A DNA stretch of 64,000 nt from the NCBI GenBank assembly GCA_002269645.1, contig NIVC01002455.1, forward strand, positions 108,384 to 172,383, in the 5' to 3' direction. The position numbers and the translations under genes are program-made. The notes below the pieces were generated by a model. The model was not told where the DNA came from. It saw only the letters and a list, made by a program, of their open reading frames with translations, and ran no database searches. Position 1 is the first letter of the stretch; each line of letters begins with the position of its first letter. Below, piece after piece: positions 1 to 61,237 of this stretch. This DNA is from Macrostomum lignano (Eukaryota).

Positions 1-909
1 TCTGCGTTCTGCACTGTCTGTAAGCTCTATAGCTGTAGGTAAACTGTGAGATTGATCTCTGAGGCACTTGAGAAGTCTGAAGATTGTTATTATTTATCTA
101 CTTTGTTTATACGACATTTAATGATTATGGTTATATTTAGTCTATTAGCTGCATAGCAAGACTTATTTCTACGAGCGTAGTAGTAGGTAAAATTTTTAGT
201 AGCTAAAACTTCAACTAGAATGCATTCAATATCTGGTGGCTTCGGTTACAGCAGTTGACTGACTGGTTCAAATGAACTTAACTGGTTTGATGTATACAAA
301 GAATATGTTGATTTTCTCTAAGTGTTATTTTTCAGCTCCTGTGTCGGCTTCTCTGTGTGCTTTTCTCTATACACAAACATACAGTATGTATAAACATATT
401 GTGCTATCCTATTTCTGCCGTTCCCACAGTCTCCATTATTTGTCACTTTTTGCCAGTTCTGGTTGACTTTGACTCTGCCTTATTGTAATAATAATCTTTC
501 GTTACTTTCATATTATATATAATATCAAAAGAAACCATTGCCTGAGAATGAAAAAGAAACAGCGGGCGATTGGGAAGTTAATTAAATCTAGCTATCTGTC
601 TATCTATCTGTTTCTCTGTTGCTTCTGTGTGCCACTGTTTTAATGCAGAGGCCGCCTTCTGTCTCGCCCGGAATCTGATTTCTTCTGGGATTGAAGAAAA
701 AATTGCTTTGAACTGTCTTAATCCACTTTAGTTTTGTGTTTGTATGCATAGATATACTTTCCCATTTGGTCTTTCTGTTACTCCCTACTTTGGACTGTCC
801 AGCTGTTCGCTACAGGGTTAATTATATTTATGATTCACTTTATGGTCACCTTCTGTCTGCGAGTGATTCTTCTGTGTCCGTTTTTCTTTGCATGTTCTTT
901 TGTATGTGA

Positions 910-1500
910 GTATCTGTCTGTTTTTTGTCTGTTCTATCTGTGTCTTTCTGTTCTATCTGGGTGTCTGTCTGTTCTTTCTGTTCTATCTGGGTGTCTGTCT
1001 GTTCTATCTGTGTCTGCTCTGTCTAGGTGTCTGTCTGTTCTATCTATGTGTCTGTCTGTTCTATCTGTGTCTGTTCTGTCTATGTGTCTGTCTGTTCTAT
1101 CTGTGTCTGTTCTGTCTAGGTGTCTGTCTGTTCTATCTGTGTCTGTTCTGTCTAGGTGTCTGTCTGTTCTATCTGTGTCTGTTCTGTCTCGGTGTCTGTC
1201 TGTTCTATCTGTGTCTGTCTGGTCTATCTGTATGTCTGTCTGTTCTATCTAAGTGTCCGTCTGGTCTATCTGCTTATCTTCTGTCCATTCTATCTGTGTG
1301 TCTGTCTGTTCTATCTGAGTGTCCGTTTGGTCTATGTGGGTGTCTGTCTGTTCTATCTGCGTGTCTGTCTGGTCTATCTGCTTGTCTGTCTGTTCTATCT
1401 GCTTGTCTGTCTGTTCTATCTGCGTGTCCATCAGAGTGTCTTTTTGTTCTATCCAAGTGTCTGTCCGTTTTATCATGGTGTCTGTCTGTTTTGCCAGGTT
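910..1500. repeat. Degenerate TCTG/TCTATCTG low-complexity minisatellite
   Basis: Recurring tgtctgtctgttctatctg units. Confidence 0.85.
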
Positions 1501-4500
1501 GTCTGCCTGTTGCTCTTTGAATTTTGAGGATGCAAAGAGTCTCGCCTCCATTTTATTAGATTCCTTTTGTGTTTCCAGCTTTCAAATTTTATATTCTTGA
1601 TTTTTAAGTGTGTTTTAGAATTCGTAAACGTGTGCAGGCGGGTGGGACTAGCAGATGTGAAGCTCAGGTTATAAATGCTTTTCCCGTTGGGTGCACTTCA
1701 TCTTGGGCTTAATCTTCTTTTGCCCTTCTCAATTCTATTTCTCTGTCTGCCAAATTTCCCTACTGACCTCCAGCTTTAAGAGTGCTCAATTCCCTGCTGG
1801 ACCATTATGGACCGGAGGAAGTGGGCTGAGCTGAGAGAGAGAGAGAGAGAAATTGGGCGGAGAATTTATGACCCGAGATTGAGGCAGAGAGATGCTTCGC
1901 TCCTACCCTCCGCTCCTTTTCCTTATGCCCCACACGGGGCCAATAATAAAGTGCAAAAACAGACGGTAATAATACAGTCTACACTAGGGGCCGGCAAACT
2001 TTTTTACCTCAAGGGCCAGATAGAGAGTCTAGAGCATAACTGCGGGACGGAGGAGGGAAATAGAGAGAATAAGATAGGAGATAGGAGGAGAGGGGAAGGA
2101 TGAGAGAAGAGAGATTAGTTAAGATTAGAGAGAAGAGCGCTGAGAAGAGATTTTTTGCTGGCCGGAGTTTGCCGTCCCCTGGTCGACATGTCGACATGCT
2201 ATGCTCCGATTATTAAAACGAGTCGCGTCTTGAGTATTGAGGTTCATATTAAGCTCACCAAAGTTTTATATATATGGTACCGTACTAAGCAGCGGTCGGG
2301 GGTTCTGTTACTTCAAAGCAGAATTCCCTGAGGACAGAGCGGGTTTCCATCCTCTTTTGATGCGTTCCCTCCTACACAGTGTGCGTGATTATTGTTGTGT
2401 TGCGTGCGTTGATAAGTTTGTCTTCGTGGATAAATCGGAAATCAACAAAAATTGCTCAAACTGAAATTGCTCTGCTCCGTTCGGGTCAGCCCAATTGGGG
2501 ATTGGCTATCCATACCGTAGCTTCTGTGCCGCACCCTCTGATGGGAGAGTATATCTTTGCAACTTCTGAATCCCCTAAGTGCCCCTGCACCGAACTTACC
2601 CCCTCTCTCCACACCCCTGTCTAATTACTGGCAATTCGGACTTTTTTGTTGCTGGTTCGCAATTTCGAATCCTCTTTGTGAAAGATTTGAAATTTTTTCT
2701 CTCTAAAATAAAAAGCGGTGATGTCTGTTTCTTATCGAGAAAAAGAGAGTGTTCGTGTGGTAGAGGTGTTGCGCTACTGGCTACGGGCCAGAAATATTTG
2801 CACGACGAGAAATGTTCAACTGTATGTCAGGCACTGCTGGGTTGTTTAACTTCTTTTTTATTTTAATAGCGCCTTCCTTGACGCTTCAAGTAAAGAATGT
2901 TTCAGCTCCGCCCTCGCCGCAGAGGCTACGGCAGGGGGATAAAGGGTAAGATGAGGGATTCTGAGGACACAAACATTTGTTCGGCTGGGCGGGGCGAGCT
3001 TGTCTTATCGTTAAAGGAATAGCGGTGGAGCGGAGCAGTGCAGTATCTAAGGGGTTTTGGGGGATTTTTCTCCCAGAATTTATGCGGCCCGTAGCGGCGA
3101 TGATTGCTTTTGCGACCTAGAAGAAAATTAGAAATCTATTTGCGCTCTCAAAGTCTCCTCCCTCTCTCTCTTCCCTCTTGTGCCAATCAAGTCGGCCGCT
3201 TTGGTCTCTCTGTGTGTCCTCAGTGTGTTTTGGCATTCAGAACTTGTCTACATATAACACAACGTTTTGTTATTTCCTGAGATTTTCAATTTCTGTCTGT
3301 CTCTCTCTTGCTTAGCTCTTGACTTCTTTCCTTTCCTTTCCTTCCCCCGCTCTTTTTTTTCTCTCTTCTGTTCTCCCCAAGGTTCAATGTATCTCTACCC
3401 ATAGTTATTTTTGCGCCTACCGACAAATTTAATGATAAAAATAGTTATTGATTAATATTTATAAGACATGCGATCAGAGAGTCTTGCCGACAAAAGTAGT
3501 CTTAAAAAATAGCGAATATATATGCTTACAGCGATTAGCCATACAAAATGGGAGGTTTCAGGTGCCTACTTGACTAAAGTCAAACTGCTTTACAATAGAA
3601 CGGACATGTCAAATCCAGTAGGCGCTTTTAAAGTAAAGGTGCTCACGAAAGCTCTCTACAAGAGGGCCGCACTGTCAGCTGTTTGCTGGGAATCTTCCCC
3701 AGTAGGAAGGAAGTCGCTTGGCCTCTCTCTTCCCTCTTTACTTGCCGTATATACAGTAACCGGCTGCATGCTTGATTCACTTTCCGCATCAAGGATTTAT
3801 AATTTCTGAATGAGTAGTTGGCGCTGCAGTCGTCAATCTTTTGACGTTTTGTGGAAAAAATAATAGAGAGGAGTTTGAGTAGCGACGGGATAATCCAGGT
3901 AGGGTGAAAGGGGGCTTTAGCAAGTGTTTCCGAGTCAATAATATTTGATTGAAGCGCTGGCTGTCTCACCTAAACAGGTCTGGCTCCCTCAATGTCTTAA
4001 GTTTTTTGTAACCTTAGTTGAGTGGCGTGTGTTTTTTTTTTGCGAACAGAAATACTTCACTTGGCTAAACTATATAGTGCAGGAAACTCGGGTTTTACTT
4101 GGCTTCCTTGGCGCTTAGGAATTGTTTTGATGAAAAGTTATTTACGATACATATCGGCAAGTCAACGAGTATCCTATCATAATCTCCAATACCTACCCAA
4201 TGCTGTGAATTAGGGGTAGGAGCAATACAGAAGTAAAAAAACGGGTGAATGGTGGAGGTCGATGACTCGAGACGACATTTTTTATAGAGCGAGTGTTTAG
4301 CTGGCGGTCTGGACCGGGGTTAACCTCAGATTACGTAATAATGGATGGCTAATATACGCGTCTGCAGGGCATGTTTTCCCGCTGAGTGGATACTGATGCC
4401 TCTGTCTGTCTGTCTCTCGCCCTGTCTCTCTTCATATCATTTTTAGCACGCTTTGCGCAGCAGCTCCAGAATATGGCTGCTGTCAATCTCATTTCACATA

Positions 4501-6891
4501 TTCAGTATTCAGCAGAGTTTGGCAGAGACTATATCATCTCCATGCCTATAGTAGTTTAGGCGCTGAGTTGAGCCGAAAATCATTTAATCAATGCGGGGTA
4601 CAGATATATGGCAGATGCGTTCGCTCTTCATCTGATTGATACCTATAGTTTCGAGAGGTTGGGGTTTCGTGGGTTGGGGGGGCAGAGTAGTGGTTACTCG
4701 TGTATGCGCGATCACATCACATGTGCATTGTACAGTGCCTACATACGAGCGTATCCTTTGTGTCCTCTGTGTCCAGTTGTAAATAATAGGTTTCAATTTT
4801 GCGTTTTCACACCTGGAGCTGGTGGCTAGACTCCCATTCAGCGCATGCAGTGACCTTGAAGAGACCAGACTGTATTGCATTGCCCTCTTGTTCGCAATTT
4901 ATAAACCCCCACCCCCCAGCAAAAAAGCATCCTCAGTGGTCGCTTTTTAACCCTTTTCTCACTACTGCTAACACTACTAGCTATTCAATTAATCTGGCCG
5001 CCATCTCGATCCATTTGCGCAAAAACCCGTCGCGCAAGGGTAGCACGCGATGAAGCCAATAAAACTGGATGAGGGGGGAGGAGGCTGGGGCCGGGCGAGA
5101 GGCAGATGGAGTCAGAGAAAGTGGATTGCGGGAAGGGTAGTTTGATTTTTTTCAAGGTGAAAATTCTCAACTACCTTGTCGCCCTGGCTGCATGCCCCCA
5201 TGGTACGTAGAAAAATAGCTTCTTATCTCTCTTTTCTAGTCTAGCTTCCTAAAAGCCTGAATCTAATTCCTAGTTTTTCCTTTGCGCAGCTTTCACTAAT
5301 GCCTGCATAAAAATGTGTGTGTCATTTCCAACCTTTCTGCTGGTTTGGCTACATTATTACGTAATAGTCATTTTGCTGCGGCACCTGATGAAGCAGAAGA
5401 GTTAAAAAATGCACTACGCCTCTGCCTCTATGCGAGACCCTAGTTCTGCTTTTTTCATCCACTTAATAATGAGAGGAGAGATCCCGGATGGAATGTGCCG
5501 TTTTCTGGCAATGAAGAAACTGCATTTCCCGGCATTCACTGCTGCATCTCAGCTAATATTGACTGCTAGCTATATTTCTACACAATTGCATTGGGTAGTT
5601 GCTTCGATAATTATGGGTAAATAAATTGACTAGCCAGTTGATTGACGCGATTAATTGCTGCCTAATTTCATAATAAGCGGCAAAAGAACACAGAGTTGAA
5701 ATCTCGGGTCAAATTCAATATCGAACATTTATGAGCATATCCGGCCTCGTGACCTCAGTTAATCCTCTTATTAAACGTTCTCATCTATCTCTCTCTTTCT
5801 AGCTTGTTTAATTCTGCATTCTGCACACCATGGCTGTATTGTATGCAGTTGGGTTGGAAAGGAGGAAGGCTTGAAATAAATCCCTCCCTAATCAATCAGC
5901 GGTTTTGCTCGTCGATAAAGTGCGCGCACAACAGATAGACGCCGCAGATGCCTGGAATTCCCACTGTGTTTTTTCTTTCTTCGTTCCAAAATAGCTGACT
6001 GAATACTGCTGCTGCTGCCGCTGCCGCCTCAGGCAGCTTTTTAATTGATTCTGTTTTGCTGCTTCAATGACGGGCCGCGCACACCATCATACTCATGCAC
6101 ACAACACAGCGGCTTTCCTCGGGCATCTGAGATTATCTTTGTTTTTATCCCCTCTCCTGTTCCCCTCAGAGACTTATTACTAATCCTTCCCCGCTGGTGC
6201 AGTGTTATCCCCTATCTATTCTGAATGTTTCTGAGCGCTGCTTTCTTTCTGCCGTTTTTCCCTGCTCTCTTTTAAGCAGATCTTGCTTGTACTGTTCCAA
6301 TTTGACAAATCTAGGATGGCATTGCTTAATCGCTAATTAAGAAAATCGATCCTTGAGCTGGAGCCTGTCTCTAGCGCCTGAGCTGTCGCACTCTTCTTGT
6401 ACTAATCTGACAAGACACCGAGGCGCCTATCTGTCACTCGTAGCGATACTTCTTCTAGTTTAAAGAATCTAAATATCAAAGTTTCCCTATTCTAAATTAT
6501 TAAACTCCCCCAGCTTAGAGCCAAGTTGAAAATTTCCAATTATCGAAGTCGTCGTCTCTGGGGGGGGATTCCTGGTGGGTTGGGGATTGAAATCGCGGAA
6601 TAGAAAAAAGGGTTTTGAGGGGAAAAATTCGCGCAGCTGAGAAACCGGCCGACTGGGGGTGGGAGGGGCGCTTCGGCCAGCTGAAGCGATAAAAATCCTG
6701 ATGACGTAACACAGCGCAATTCTGCTTTTTAAAAGGATTGTGGGTAGCGGAGATGGCAACGGGGCTGATTCCTGTGTCTCCCTTGGGGAATTGTAAATAT
6801 TGGAAAGTGGAAAATGCTTCGCTTTCGGCGCTTGAAATGAAAGGAATCGCTTTGCTGATAATTTAACCGGTTAATTTGATTGCGGTTGCAG

Positions 6892-6892
6892 C

Positions 6893-6937
<45 letters not shown>

Positions 6938-8274
6938 CTAAGACACTAAAATACAAACAGACACTAAGACACTAATGCAGACAGACACTAAGACACTAAT
7001 GCAGACAGACACTAAGACACTAATGCAGACAGACACTAAGACACTAATACAGACAGACACTAAGACACTAATACAGACAGACACTAAGACACTAATACAG
7101 ACAGACACTAAGACACTAATACAGACAGACACTAAGACACTAAAATACAAACAGACACTAAGACACTAATGCAGACAGACACTAAGACACTAATACAGAC
7201 AGACACTAAGACACTAAAATACAAACAGACACTAAGACACTAATGCAGACAGACACTAAGACACTAAAATACAAACAGACACTAAGACACTAATGCAGAC
7301 AGACACTAAGACACTAATACAGACAGACACTAAGACACTAAAATACAAACAGACACTAAGACACTAATGCAGACAGACAGACAAGCAAGCAGACAGACAC
7401 TAAGAAACTACTACAGACAGACACTAAGACACTAAAATACAGACAGACACTAAGACACTAATGCAGACAGACACTAAGACACTAATACAGACAGACACTA
7501 AGACACTAAAATACAGACAGACACTAAGACACTAATACAGACAGACACTAAGACACTAATACAGACAGACACTAAGACACTAAAATACAGACAGACACTA
7601 AGACACTAATGCAGACAGACACTAAGACACTAATACAGACAGACACTAAGACACTAAAATACAAACAGACACTAAGACACTAATGCAGACAGACACTAAG
7701 ACACTAATACAGACAGACACTAAGACACTAATGCAGACAGACACTAAGACACTAATACAGACAGACACTAAGACACTAATGCAGACAGACAGACAAGCAA
7801 GCAGACAGACACTAAGAAACTACTACAGACAGACACTAAGACACTACTACAGACAGACACTAAGACACTAATACAGACAGACACTAAGACACTAATGCAG
7901 ACAGACACTAAGACACTAATACAGACAGACACTAAGACACTAAAATACAAACAGACACTAAGACACTAATGCAGACAGACACTAAGACACTAATACAGAC
8001 AGACACTAAGACACTAAAATACAAACAGACACTAAGACACTAATACAGACAGACACTAAGACACTAATGCAGACAGACAGACAAGCAAGCAGACAGACAC
8101 TAAGAAACTACTACAGACAGACACTAAGACACTAATACAGACAGACACCAAGACACTAATGCAGACAGACACTAAGACACTAATACAGACAGACACTAAG
8201 ACACTAAAATACAAACAGACACTAAGACACTAATACAGACAGACACTAAGACACTAATGCAGACAGACAGACAG
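6892..8274. repeat. (CAGA)n seed plus 24-bp minisatellite AGACAGACACTAAGACACTAATAC
   Basis: More than 50 units with recurring variants; ends about 230 nt before the exon at 8508. Confidence 0.95.
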
Positions 8275-8507
8275 GCGGAAGGAAAGACAGACAAGTGTCT
8301 GCACAAGTAGACAAGCAAATAACTAACAAATAAGTGTGCAAGCCGCAGGTAGAAATTTGGACAAGTAGACAGACAAATATAAAGGCAGGAACTCAGAAAG
8401 ACCAGTAGGCAGGCTGTATGTTGGACGGTAAAATTTGCATTATCTGGATTTTATCTCATTACTACTGGAGTATGAATTCAACAAATCGCAAACGAATCCC
8501 ACAACAG

Positions 8508-56367
<47,860 letters not shown>

Positions 56368-56655
56368 GCTGGGATCATTAATAACACACTAATCTGGCAT
56401 TTTCTTAGATCATGCGATTTAGCTTATAGACAGCTTGAAACGGAGGCTGATATGCATAGTCAAGGTCTTAATAATGAACACTATGATTCCCCCCATCCAA
56501 ACCAGCAATAGTCTGATCCTGTTAAATATCGATATATGATGATCACTCAACACGTCTTTGTCAAGCAATGCGTTCCTCCGATTCGCAACACCGCGTGTTT
56601 GCGTGCGCGTGTCATGATTAACATATTTTTGCTACTACTAATATTTTATATGCTG

Positions 56656-56661
56656 AATAAA
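56656..56661 (+). promoter_or_regulatory. Candidate polyadenylation signal for the Fat-like gene
   Basis: AATAAA about 290 nt after the stop; another occurs at 57670-57675. Confidence 0.3.
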
Positions 56662-58044
56662 ATCTGCGCAGTCACAAAACTTCGCTTTTTACGTAAGTAT
56701 CAATTTTTAGCACATTTTTCTATCAAATTCGCTTTATACGCTACTTAGAGCAGCAGTGTGCGTATTTGACTGTCAGTTTTTAATGCAATTGCCGTTCTTC
56801 TAAGTGTTGTTCAACCCGCTTTGCTGTTTTTGTCTTTCGGATGCGATATACAATGGAATATGAAAACTTAAATGAGCAAAATCAGGATTCCATACAATAA
56901 TTACGTGTATAAAGTCGCTTGGCAACTTTAACTAGTCTAACGGTGATAACTGTGCATGCGGCAGGCCCTAACATCAATAATAAGTATTGCTTCAGCACAG
57001 CCATATGGAATAATTGTACATACCTGTCCGTGTCTTAGCGCACTGATTCTTTTACTGAAGGATAGTTCCATGTTTTTTAAACTGATTAGTACTATATATG
57101 TAGCGCATCCACAGCAGTTCATTGTGTTACAAACAACTACAAATATTTGACCACCTCATTTTTGCTAAATTTGAGTTGCTTTGCTTTTTCTGTGCTTGCG
57201 TTTTGTTGTGCGATTTTTTGCTTGTTTTGAAAGCGCAGCTCTTTATGACGATTGCTTTCGCTTGCTAAAAGTGAGTCAGATGAAGCTTCAACTACAATGT
57301 CGGCCGCAGTTACCTCAACCTTTGATTGGAATGTAAAGCTATAATATACATTAATAATTGACCTGTTGCAATCAGGGCCTCACAACAGGAATCAATTCTC
57401 GTGTCTGCTAGAAGACAGACAGGCTTTGCCAGTTTTTTATTATATACTACTCCAAGTAGTATCATTTTGGGTGCATAATAATTAGGATACATCACAACAC
57501 ATAAACAGTGTGTTGGCAGCGCGGAGATCTTGACAATTATAATTATTTTTACTGATAAAATATTGTTCTAAACAATTGATTGCATGCGCCAAACTGCCTA
57601 CTTATATTAGTAGTCCTAAGAAAATAATCTGATACAACAATGCTCTCTCTGCAGATGACAAAATTTAGCAATAAAAATAGTTAAAAGAAACAACCTTGCA
57701 AACTATTGAAATGAGGAAATTAATTTTTCTTAGAAATTCGGCTAATGCGATAAACAAAAGGTTAAGCAAAGCTAGCCAATTATTTGCCAATTCCAAGTAG
57801 TAAACGTACAAGTGTGAGATATGTAAAAATGGTGCCAAAGCTTAACAAAATACATTCACAGCTATGATTTACTTTTCGATCAGAGATAAGTGAAGAAGAT
57901 AGCTAGGAGATATAGCAGAATGAAGATTGCTAACACTACAATAACCTATGCTAGTATTGCAGAAAGTGCATTCGAACTGCTTTTTTCGACTCGTGATCTC
58001 TGAATAGGACTCTCAAAGAAAGTGTCCACGTCCCGACTTCAGAG

Positions 58045-58470
58045 TAAAAATCCCAATCTTTAACTCCCTAGTCCGAAAATCCCAATCTTTAACTCCCAAG
58101 TCCAAAAATCCCAATCTTCAACTCCCAAGTCCAAAAATCCCAATCTTCAACTCCCAAGTCCAAAAATCCCAATCTTCAACTCCTGATCCCAAAAATCCCA
58201 ATCTTCAACTCCTGATCCCAAAAATCCCAATCTTCAACTCCTGATCCCAAAAATCCCAATCTTCAACTCCCAAGTCCAAAAATCCCAATCTTCAACTCCT
58301 GATCCCAAAAATCCCAATCTTCAACTCCTGATCCCAAAAATCCCAATCTTCAACTCCCAAGTCCAAAAATCCCAATCTTCAACTCCTGATCCCAAAAATC
58401 CCAATCTTCAACTCCTGATCCCAAAAATCCCAATCTTCAACTTCTGATCCCAAAAATCCCAATCCCAATC
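58045..58470. repeat. 29-bp minisatellite AAAAATCCCAATCTTCAACTCCTGATCCC
   Basis: About 14 units, starting about 30 nt downstream of the I-2 stop codon (in gene orientation). Confidence 0.93.
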
Positions 58471-58498
58471 TTAAAATCCGCGTACCCCGACTCCCCGA

Positions 58499-61237
58499 TC
58501 ACCCGGATTCCATGCCAACCGCTTCGTCGCATTTCTCCTCGTCATCTTCGTCCTCCTGACTCTGTTGCCTAGCAACAAGCGCCGCCTGGAACTCATTGTA
58601 GTGCTGCTTCCGTTTTAACCGAAATTGGCGCCTTCTCTCCCGCTCCTCGGCGCTCAGCTCGCTCTCGTCGGCGTCCAAATCGTGCACCGGCGACAATGGC
58701 GCGTTGGCGCCGGCGCCACCAGAATCGGCGGCCTCGGCGCGCAGCCGGGAGGCCAGCAACTCGGCCGGCACTGCGTCACCAAAGCTGGCGCGGCGGGTCC
58801 GGGGCTGCCCGCCGCCACCACTGTCCTGGTCCTCATCTTCCTCGGTGACCGGCTGGGCCGCCTCGTAAGGCGTCGGCGCTTCGTCCACCTTCATGTGGCC
58901 GTAGTCCTTGCCTGGTTGGGGTGCGGTAGGTTCCAAACGGGGAGCACTGAGTCACTGAATCAGCGAAAGGGGGATCTGGGATCACTGAGTCACCCTGAGG
59001 GACTGGGAGGATCTGGGATCACTGAGTCACCCTGAGGGACTGGGAGGATCTGGGATCACTGAGTCACCCTGAGGGACTGGGACGACCTGGGATCACTGAG
59101 TCACCTTGAGGGACTGGGAGGATCTGGGATCACTGAGTCACCCTGAGGACTGAGAGGATCTGGGATCACTGAGTCACCCTGAGGGACTGGGAGGATCTGG
59201 GATCACTGAGTCACCCTGAGGGACTGAGAGGATCTGGGATCACTGAGTCACTCTGAGGGACTGAGAGGATCTGAGATTACTGAGTCACCCTGAGGGACTG
59301 AGAGGATCTGGGATCACTGAGTCACCCTGAGGGACTGAGAGGATCTGGGATCACTGAGTCACCCTGAGGGACTGAGAGGATCTGGGATCACTGAGTCACC
59401 CTGAGGACTGGAGGATCTGGGATCACTGAGTCACCCTGAGGGACTGGGAGGATCTGGGATCACTGAGTCACCCTGAGGGACTGGGACGACCTGGGATCAC
59501 TGAGTCACCTTGAGGGACTGGGAGGATCTGGGATCACTGCGTCACTCTGAGGGACTGGAGGATCTGGGATCACTGAGTCACTCTGAGGACTGAGAGGATC
59601 TGAGATTACTGAGTCACCCTGAGGGACTGGGAGGATCTGGGATCACTGAGTCACCCTGAGGGACTGAGAGGATCTGGGATCACTGAGTCACCCTGAGGGA
59701 CTGGGAGGATCTGGGATCACTGAGTCACCCTGAGGGACTGGAGGATCTGGGATCACTGAGTCACCCTGAGGGACTGGGAGGATCTGGGATCACTGAGTCA
59801 CTCTGAGGGACTGGGACGACCTGGGATCACTGAGTCACCTTGAGGGACTGGGAGGATCTGGGATCACTGCGTCACTCTGAGGGACTGGGAGGATCTGGGA
59901 TCACTGAGTCACCCTGAGGGACTGGGAGGATCTGGGATCACTGCGTCACTCTGAGGGACTGGGAGGATCTGGGATCACTGAGTCACTCTGAGGGACTGAG
60001 AGGATCTGGGATTACTGAGTCACCCTGAGGGACTGGCAGGATCTGGGATCACTGAGTCACCCTGAGGGACTGGGAGGATCTGGGATCACTGAGTCACTCT
60101 GAGGGACTGAGAGGATCTGAGATTACTGAGTCACCCTGAGGGACTGGCAGGATCTGGGATCACTGAGTCACCCTGAGGGACTGGGAGGATCTGGGATCAC
60201 TGAGTCACTCTGAGGGACTGAGAGGATCTGAGATTACTGAGTCACCCTGAGGGACTGGGAGGATCTGGGATCACTGAGTCACCCTGAGGGACTGGGAGGA
60301 TCTGGGATCACTGAGTCACCCTGAGGGACTGAGAGGATCTGGGATCACTGAGTCACCCTGAGGGACTGGGAGGATCTGGATCACTGAGTCACCCTGAGGG
60401 ACTGAGAGGATCTGGGATCACTGAGTCACTCTGAGGGACTGAGAGGATCTGAGATTACTGAGTCACCCTGAGGGACTGAGAGGATCTGGGATCACTGAGT
60501 CACCCTGAGGGACTGAGAGGATCTGGGATCACTGAGTCACCCTGAGGGACTGGAGGATCTGGGATCACTGAGTCACCCTGAGGGACTGGAGGATCTGGGA
60601 TCACTGAGTCACCCTGAGGGACTGGGAGGATCTGGGATCACTGAGTCACCCTGAGGGACTGGGAGGATCTGGGATCACTGAGTCACCCTGAGGGACTGGG
60701 AGGATCTGGGATCACTGAGTCACCCTGAGGGACTGAGAGGATCTGGGATCACTGAGTCACTCTGAGGGACTGAGAGGATCTGAGATTACTGAGTCACCCT
60801 GAGGGACTGAGAGGATCTGGGATCACTGAGTCACCCTGAGGGACTGAGAGGATCTGGGATCACTGAGTCACCCTGAGGGACTGGGAGGATCTGGGATCAC
60901 TCACTCAACAGTCAGTTATTGTCAGTTAAGCTCAAAGTCTACCTGCAGGGTGGTAAGTGGCTAGAATATTCATCTCGTCCCATTGGAACAGCTTGTGGGA
61001 GGCAGAGCCAGCTGTGCTCTCGTCTGGTGTCAGGCCATCCTGCTGTTGCTGCTGTTTCAACCGCATCTGCAGCTGCTGCTGATGCTCTGGTCGCAGCTGT
61101 TGCGACAGACGATGATGGTGACTGCGAGACTTTAGAATGCCCTTTTTGGGTCGCAGGTTGAGTGGCGGGGAATGTTGGACATTTGCTAGGCTTTGCTGGA
61201 CCCGATTGGCCAATCTGTGGGAAATTTGCGAAGTCAT
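58499..61237 (-). CDS. PPP1R2: Protein phosphatase 1 inhibitor-2 (I-2/IPP-2), join complement(58499-58911,60943-61237), 235 aa
   Basis: Motifs RPKKGILK, QWDEMNILATYHPA, KDYGHMKVDEAPTPY and FRLKRKQHYNE match known I-2 motifs. Phase-1 intron GCAG|gtagac...caaccag|GC; the joined length of 708 nt is divisible by 3. The C-terminal end is slightly uncertain. Confidence 0.9.
58945..60903. repeat. 37-bp minisatellite GGGATCACTGAGTCACCCTGAGGGACTGGGAGGATCT
   Basis: About 52 units occupying about 96% of the I-2 intron 58912-60942. Confidence 0.97.

Noticed and set aside
1500-6890. Possible upstream Fat exons in the first 8.5 kb
   Set aside because: No GC-rich cadherin-like frame found; the region appears wholly intronic.
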